From contig JAEOTB010000107.1 in NCBI GenBank assembly GCA_016840065.1, positions 1 to 12,038 on the forward strand: 12,038 nucleotides of DNA, given 5' to 3'. Within the stretch, counting starts at the first letter, position 1; each line of letters starts with the position of its first letter. Below the pieces are notes generated by a model, which was not told the origin of the DNA, ran no database searches, and worked only from the letters and a program-made list of their open reading frames with translations. A program made the position numbers and the translations under genes. Positions 8,118 through 12,038 of this stretch are shown here, in pieces. The DNA comes from Candidatus Hermodarchaeota archaeon (GTDB lineage Archaea > Asgardarchaeota > Hermodarchaeia > Hermodarchaeales > Hermodarchaeaceae).

Positions 8118-8906
8118 CTAACCCTCTGACCTAGGCGTCCTACTAGCATGGAGGACCAGAGCGTAGGCGAGGTACTGGTCTAGGAAGGTTCCACGCTCCC
8201 TCCGCCTCCGGTGGGAGCTTTTCTCTTTCTGAGGTCTGAAGGCCTTCCTTACCAGACTGAAGGGGTTGAGGAAATCCAGTGAGGAGAGGAGGGAATCACC
8301 GAAGAAGCCATAATCTTGGATTTTTAGGTGTTGGCAGATCCTCTCTAGCTCTGAGCGGGAATAGGGTACCTCATGACCTATCCGCCACATCCCTGTCCGT
8401 TCAGCTACAAGCTTGAAGAGACGGTAGGGGAAATTTATCTTGTTGGGAACCGAGACTATAGTGAAGCCTGATTCCTTTAACGTGTCAAGATGAGACTTGA
8501 TTATTTTCATCCTGTCCTGTTTGTGGAAGTGCTCAGCTAGCCCATAGGACATGGATACATCATATCTTCCCTTCAGGCTTGACGGAAGGGATAGGGCATC
8601 TTCTTTCACAAACCTAGCTTTCAATCCCCTCCTCTTATAGTAGGCACGGGCCCGTTTTAGGGCAGCCTCGGAATAATCAAGAAGTGTCACCTTGGCTCCT
8701 CTCCCAGCCATGAGCGAGGAATAGATGCCTACACCTGACCCGATTTCAAGGACCTCCAATCCCTCAAAAGAGCCGAATCTACGTTCTATTAGCTTCCCAA
8801 TACGTTCCCAGATGATGCTATTCGCTACTCTCTGGAGCATAACCAAGTCCGCATCGAAGGATTCGGTTTCCCAGAAGGCATCCCAGACTTCATGTGCGGC
8901 AACCAA
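8118..8906 (-). CDS. Class I SAM-dependent methyltransferase
   Basis: Motif I VLEIGSGVG, then VTLLDYSEAAL, EDAL, YDVSMSYGLAEHF and LKESG-TIVSVPN. Confidence 0.92.
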   Translation of the reverse strand: MVAAHEVWDAFWETESFDADLVMLQRVANSIIWERIGKLIERRFGSFEGLEVLEIGSGVGIYSSLMAGRGAKVTLLDYSEAALKRARAYYKRRGLKARFVKEDALSLPSSLKGRYDVSMSYGLAEHFHKQDRMKIIKSHLDTLKESGFTIVSVPNKINFPYRLFKLVAERTGMWRIGHEVPYSRSELERICQHLKIQDYGFFGDSLLSSLDFLNPFSLVRKAFRPQKEKSSHRRRRERGTFLDQYLAYALVLHASRTPRSEG

Positions 8907-8955
8907 GACAACACCGTCCCTATCCCATTACAACTCCAAGACGAATTTAGGAGTC

Positions 8956-9345
8956 TCATGGGAGGTGGGCAATGGCTTCAATTTCTATTGCCACACCCTT
9001 AGGTAGTGCTGCAACCTGCACCGTGGATCGGGCAGGGGGAGCTAGGTCAAAGTAGTTGCCGTACACTTCGTTAACTATGGCAAAGTCAGCCATGTTGGTC
9101 AAGAAGATGGTGGTTTTGACTACATGAGTCAGGTTACAGCCAGCTGCCTTGAGGATTGCCTTGATGTTCTCCATACATTGACGGGCTTGGTCAGCGATAG
9201 AACCTCTAACGAACTCTCCAGCCACAGGGTCAAAGGGAACCTGACCCGCAACAAAGAGGAGGTCACCCACACGAATAGCCTGACTATAAGGACCCACAGG
9301 CCGAGGGGCATCCTTGGTAAAGACCGCTTCTTTCTCAGATGGCAT
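8956..9345 (-). CDS. ridA: RidA (YjgF/YER057c/UK114) reactive intermediate/imine deaminase
   Basis: Motifs APRPVGPYSQA, LFVAGQVPFDP, VVKTTIFL-NMADF, VNEVYGNYF and PARSTVQVAALPKG-AIEIEAIA, including the catalytic Arg. Confidence 0.95.
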   Translation of the reverse strand: MPSEKEAVFTKDAPRPVGPYSQAIRVGDLLFVAGQVPFDPVAGEFVRGSIADQARQCMENIKAILKAAGCNLTHVVKTTIFLTNMADFAIVNEVYGNYFDLAPPARSTVQVAALPKGVAIEIEAIAHLP

Positions 9346-9496
9346 TACAAATCATCTCTAAACACGATGGGGGAAGTGGAGAAGGTTTCAGCACAGGGAG
9401 CCTATTAGGCTTTTCCTAAAGACATACAAATGAACCAAGACAGTACAAAGCCCCATCAACACCTGTCAACCCCAAAGGTTTCATCGCCGCTTCTCC

Positions 9497-9556
9497 AAAA
9501 AGGTTTAAAGGATAGATTGTGGCGTTTTTCGTACACCCCTCACGGCTCTGGCCGTG
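9497..9556 (+). promoter_or_regulatory. Ferredoxin promoter (BRE/TATA) and 5' leader hairpin
   Basis: aaaaaggTTTAAAg with the TATA box at 9504-9509. A perfect hairpin CACGGC-tctg-GCCGTG lies at 9541-9556. Confidence 0.5.
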
Positions 9557-9591
9557 CCGGTGAATCCGTAAACAAAGGAATGTTAAAAGAA

Positions 9592-9768
9592 ATGCCCCCG
9601 AAAGTAGATTTAGAGAAATGCAACGGCTGCGGTTCATGCGCTGACGTTTGCCCTTCTGAATGCTTCGTAATGGAAGAAGAAAAGTCCAAGGTTGTCAATC
9701 CCGACGACTGTGTTGACTGCGAAAGCTGCGTCGAGAACTGTCCTGAAGGTGCTATCGTCCTGGAGTAG
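9592..9768 (+). CDS. 2x[4Fe-4S] dicluster ferredoxin
   Basis: MPPKVDLEK-CNGCGSCADVCP...CVDCESCVENCP-EGAI contains two CxxCxxCxxxCP motifs. The true start is probably ATG 9592, and the 9430 extension runs over the promoter. Confidence 0.95.
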   Translation: MPPKVDLEKCNGCGSCADVCPSECFVMEEEKSKVVNPDDCVDCESCVENCPEGAIVLE

Positions 9769-9819
9769 GCGCCAAAAACGCCTAATCCGCCGGTTGCCGC
9801 TCTCCGGATTCCTCGGCGG

Positions 9820-9854
9820 GGGCTGCCACCATGCAGCCCAACCCCTTCTTTTTC
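9820..9854 (+). terminator. Hairpin plus T-tract after the ferredoxin gene
   Basis: GGGCTGC-caccat-GCAGCCC (9820-9839) is followed by cttctttttc. Confidence 0.55.
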
Positions 9855-9896
9855 AAAACTAACAATCCTAAGAGTAATCGAGGCGATTTTAACCCT

Positions 9897-10450
9897 AAAG
9901 GCTTTTAAGGGGTTCAGCAACTGCGCAGCTGCGCACCAAAAAACCTACCAAAGTACTCGAAACCCAATTTTTCTTCTAATATTTCCGACAAACATCGTCA
10001 AAAAATGCACCACAATGCCCCCAAAACCACCGTGAACCACGCAATTGCGCAGTTTCCCATCCTCAAACCCCGCAGCTAAAACCCCCAGGTAGTATATAGT
10101 GGAAGCACAGACTCCATGGGAAAGCACCAAGGACGTGGGAACCGGGAACCCGGAACCCCCGACCCCAATCGGGGAACCCTCCCTTCCTGTCCTCCCAAAT
10201 CCCTCCCTCCCGTTGTCCGAACCTCCCTTTTTTTGGGGGCACCGGATCCCGGCTCCTGTCCTCTGGTGGGATCCCAGGGTCGTCCTCCCTTCATTTGCGG
10301 GGAGAAGGGGGATGACCAGACACAGGTAGAAAAGCGAGGCCCCTACCTCCTTTTTGGTAGGGGAATTCCCTATCACGAAATCACAATTGGAACGCTTTTC
10401 CACTTCCTATAAGGAAACCTTTTAAAAGCAGAAAGCATATCCTATATATA
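9897..10450 (+). promoter_or_regulatory. Tandem TATA-like promoters upstream of the BHB stem
   Basis: aaaggcTTTTAAgg (9903), gtagTATATAg (10093) and gaaaccTTTTAAAAg (10420). All lie in a long region with no credible CDS. Confidence 0.5.
9922..10051. repeat. Pair of related palindromes (tgCGCA-N2-TGCGCA)
   Basis: TGCGCAGCTGCGCA (9922-9935, perfect 14-bp palindrome) and CACGCAATTGCGCA (10038-10051). With flanks they also form a 13/15 inverted repeat around an A/C-rich spacer. Confidence 0.7.
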
Positions 10451-10487
10451 GAACCGGGAAAATCCCGAGGCGAATGAAACAAAACAA
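10130..10487 (+). ncRNA. Structured non-coding leader resembling a pre-rRNA 5' external transcribed spacer
   Basis: Nested helices at 10130-34/10189-93, 10142-46/10149-53, 10157-62/10169-74, 10278-88/10307-17 (with G-U pairs), 10329-36/10393-400 enclosing 10340-47/10356-63, and 10455-59/10463-67. Confidence 0.55.
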
Positions 10488-10630
10488 CACCCCAATACTA
10501 TAGTAGCCACTGGCGAATGGATAGAGTCATCCTCTCCCTGTGTCTTTCATTCCCCTCTCCCCCTCTCCTCCTTTATGTCCTCGTTCTAAGGACTGCTCTA
10601 TCCCGCTTTTGGTGGCGTCGTGTTGGGGTG
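10488..10630 (+). ncRNA. Long stem with a canonical bulge-helix-bulge motif: a 16S-type rRNA processing stem with no rRNA inside
   Basis: Helices at 10488-98/10620-30 (11 bp) and 10506-11/10611-16 (6 bp). The central 4 bp GGCG/CGCU (10512-15/10604-07) carry 3-nt bulges AAU (10516-18) and UUU (10608-10), each 3' of the central helix. The inner helix is 9 bp (10519-27/10595-603). G-U pairs fix the + strand. The loop contains ATTCC|CCT at 10549-10556. Confidence 0.75.
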
Positions 10631-10759
10631 ACCATTTCTTTTCTTAGTGACAGTGAGTTTACACTTTCCTGTGTGAATGCATTCTCCACCCCGGGGCAGA
10701 GTCAGACGAGACCGATCGGGGTCGTGACCGACCACTTACCTACCCGTATCACCTTTACA

Positions 10760-10827
10760 TGGAATGTTACTGCACGTATTTGCTGAGAGGGTCTAAGTGG
10801 AATGTTAATGCACGTGTAAGCTGAGAG
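10760..10827. repeat. Imperfect 30-bp direct repeat (2 copies, period 38)
   Basis: TGGAATGTTACTGCACGTATTTGCTGAGAG (10760-10789) versus TGGAATGTTAATGCACGTGTAAGCTGAGAG (10798-10827), 26/30 identical. Confidence 0.85.
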
Positions 10828-10833
10828 AAGGTA

Positions 10834-11172
10834 GTGTGTGCTGAACTAATAGCTTCTCTGATCCCCACTTCAGCCTTCTGGACAACCACCATGTTAGCCG
10901 CTTCAGTGATTGAATTCCTTTCCCCTGGACTACTCACCGTAACCCCATTTACAATCTTATTTGTTGGGATATATGCCATACTCTGGGTTTGTGGAATTCC
11001 AGTACACATGCGATTGTTAGACTGTTGGTCTGTCGTCTATCCCCCTGACAAGCATGGATTTCCAAGAGTAAAAGAGTGGGGTAGCCTTAAGCGAGTATTT
11101 GCCATTTTCTTATTTGGTTTGATTCTTTGGGTTATAGTAACATTCAGTGTATTTGCACTCCCCACTTCGTAA
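10834..11172 (+). CDS. Small membrane hypothetical protein
   Basis: Two clear TM segments flank a polar loop (YPPDKHGFPRVKEWG). The start is uncertain (GTG 10834 or ATG 10891). Confidence 0.6.
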   Translation: MCAELIASLIPTSAFWTTTMLAASVIEFLSPGLLTVTPFTILFVGIYAILWVCGIPVHMRLLDCWSVVYPPDKHGFPRVKEWGSLKRVFAIFLFGLILWVIVTFSVFALPTS

Positions 11173-11348
11173 TCGTCTAAACCTCGCTAGTAAGTTAAAA
11201 TCTTGTGGGATAGGTAATTGGTAGTGGAACCGAAGGCTATGCGATAAACACCTAGGGATACTTTAGTGAAAACAGGAAAAACAGCTAGCTAGACCTAGTG
11301 TTTTTTATCTCTGAAGGCAGAATACTTGGAGTTAGGAGGGTATGTAAA

Positions 11349-11894
11349 GTGTCTCGGCAGCAACCGCTAATCCCCCATTGGGAGTACCTAGCAGTAGGCA
11401 TGCTCCTCATCATAGGAGGAGCCTTTCTATCCATTGTTATCAGTTCACAGATAAGCTCAGCAGCGATTGAAACCGGTAACTATTCCCTATTGGAAACCTA
11501 TCTGCTAGTACATTTCGTTGGGCTTTCAGTCATCTCACTTGGAGGCGCATTCAATTTCTACTGGTTCTTATTGATGATTCGGCGAGTTAGCTCGCCAACG
11601 CGACCCGAAGGATTTCGCATTTGCCCCAGATGCCGTAACTCCTGTAACCCAGCCGCACCCCACTGCTGGAGCTGCGGACTTCGACTAGTCCCAACCCCCT
11701 CGCCATGGAGACGACTAACAAGCCCAACACAAGAACTACCAGAATCGAGGACCGCTACTACCGAAAAGGGCACAGCTACCCCCACAAGTAGTGAACCCTC
11801 ACTAGTACACACCTGCGCGGTGTGTGGCCAACCCGCTACTCGCAAGCTCGTTGATCGCTGGCTCTGCGACGAACACCTCGGAGCCGCATGGTAG
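11349..11894 (+). CDS. Two-TM membrane protein with a zinc ribbon and a C-terminal CxxC...CxxH finger
   Basis: The likely start is GTG 11349 after AGGAGG. Two TM helices are followed by CPRC...CWSC, a P/T/S-rich linker and CAVC...CDEH. Confidence 0.8.
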   Translation: MSRQQPLIPHWEYLAVGMLLIIGGAFLSIVISSQISSAAIETGNYSLLETYLLVHFVGLSVISLGGAFNFYWFLLMIRRVSSPTRPEGFRICPRCRNSCNPAAPHCWSCGLRLVPTPSPWRRLTSPTQELPESRTATTEKGTATPTSSEPSLVHTCAVCGQPATRKLVDRWLCDEHLGAAW

Positions 11895-11950
11895 TCACCA
11901 AGTTCAACCAGGACAGGCAAAATGGTAAGTCCTCCAACACATGTGTCATT

Positions 11951-12037
11951 TCAATTCCGTGCTCTGAGGATCTCAAAGCAGTCCTTCCAGGGGAATTCTC
12001 CGTTGATGGCAGCTTCCAGGAAGCGGTCATTCATGTC
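11951..12037 (-). CDS. Partial CDS (C-terminus) entering from the right edge
   Basis: The minus-strand frame reads ...DMNDRFLEAAINGEFPWKDCFEILRARN-stop, which is protein-like and convergent on the 11349 gene. Confidence 0.55.
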   Translation of the reverse strand, partial: DMNDRFLEAAINGEFPWKDCFEILRARN

Positions 12038-12038
12038 C

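Noticed and set aside
9430-9591. N-terminal extension of the ferredoxin ORF, and the other short antisense/overlapping ORFs in the track
   Set aside because: The extension covers the promoter and leader. The antisense ORFs lie inside well-supported genes and show no motifs.
9769-9853. SECIS element
   Set aside because: The ferredoxin has no in-frame TGA, and no AUGA/GA quartet was found.
10112-10123. CTCCATGGGAAA as an ORB element / replication origin
   Set aside because: It is a single mini-ORB-like match with no G-string, no inverted partner and no cdc6/orc1 gene in the window.
10130-10420. RNase P RNA, SRP RNA, 5S rRNA or tRNA
   Set aside because: I found no GAGGAAAGTCC-type P4 motif, no SRP helix-8 motif and no cloverleaf or T-loop on either strand.
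10506-10520. GCCACTGGCGAATGG as the 5' end of 23S rRNA
   Set aside because: It loosely resembles GGTGGATGG but is not followed by CTCGGCT, and it is fully explained as the 5' strand of the BHB stem.
9945-10786. ORFs 9945-10403(-), 10076-10294(-), 10099-10329(+), 10116-10412(+) and 10517-10786(+)
   Set aside because: Mostly Pro/Gly-biased translations of a GC-skewed, hairpin-rich region. They overlap each other, the promoters and the BHB stem, so a non-coding reading explains the sequence better.
10760-10827. CRISPR array
   Set aside because: Only two copies with an 8-nt gap, and no cas genes.

Overview
Archaeal DNA, probably from an Asgard archaeon. This is inferred from a longin-like N-terminal domain, archaeal BRE/TATA promoters, GAGGTG/GGTGA-type ribosome-binding sites and frequent TTG/GTG starts. 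Recognisable genes are a RimJ/RimL-type GNAT acetyltransferase, a nitronate monooxygenase/FabK-family flavoenzyme, a YwqG/DUF1963 (TYPP) protein, a class I SAM methyltransferase, RidA and a 2x[4Fe-4S] ferredoxin, plus several membrane and zinc-finger hypothetical proteins. Four things stand out. (1) A ~900-bp non-coding region (about 9850-10750) has tandem promoters, a highly structured leader and a long stem with a canonical bulge-helix-bulge (BHB) motif. It looks like an archaeal 16S rRNA processing stem, but its loop is only 67 nt and reads ATTCC|CCT, the first and last bases of a 16S with the gene missing. It is either an 'empty' 16S locus (possibly an in-silico excision) or the source of a ~92-nt circular RNA. 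(2) A membrane protein carries seven FG-GAP-like repeats and a cytoplasmic UBZ-like C2H2 finger. (3) A longin-like domain is fused to a degenerate PD-(D/E)xK domain. (4) Two paralogous helical proteins flank the YwqG/TYPP gene. All family calls come from reading motifs by eye; no searches were run.
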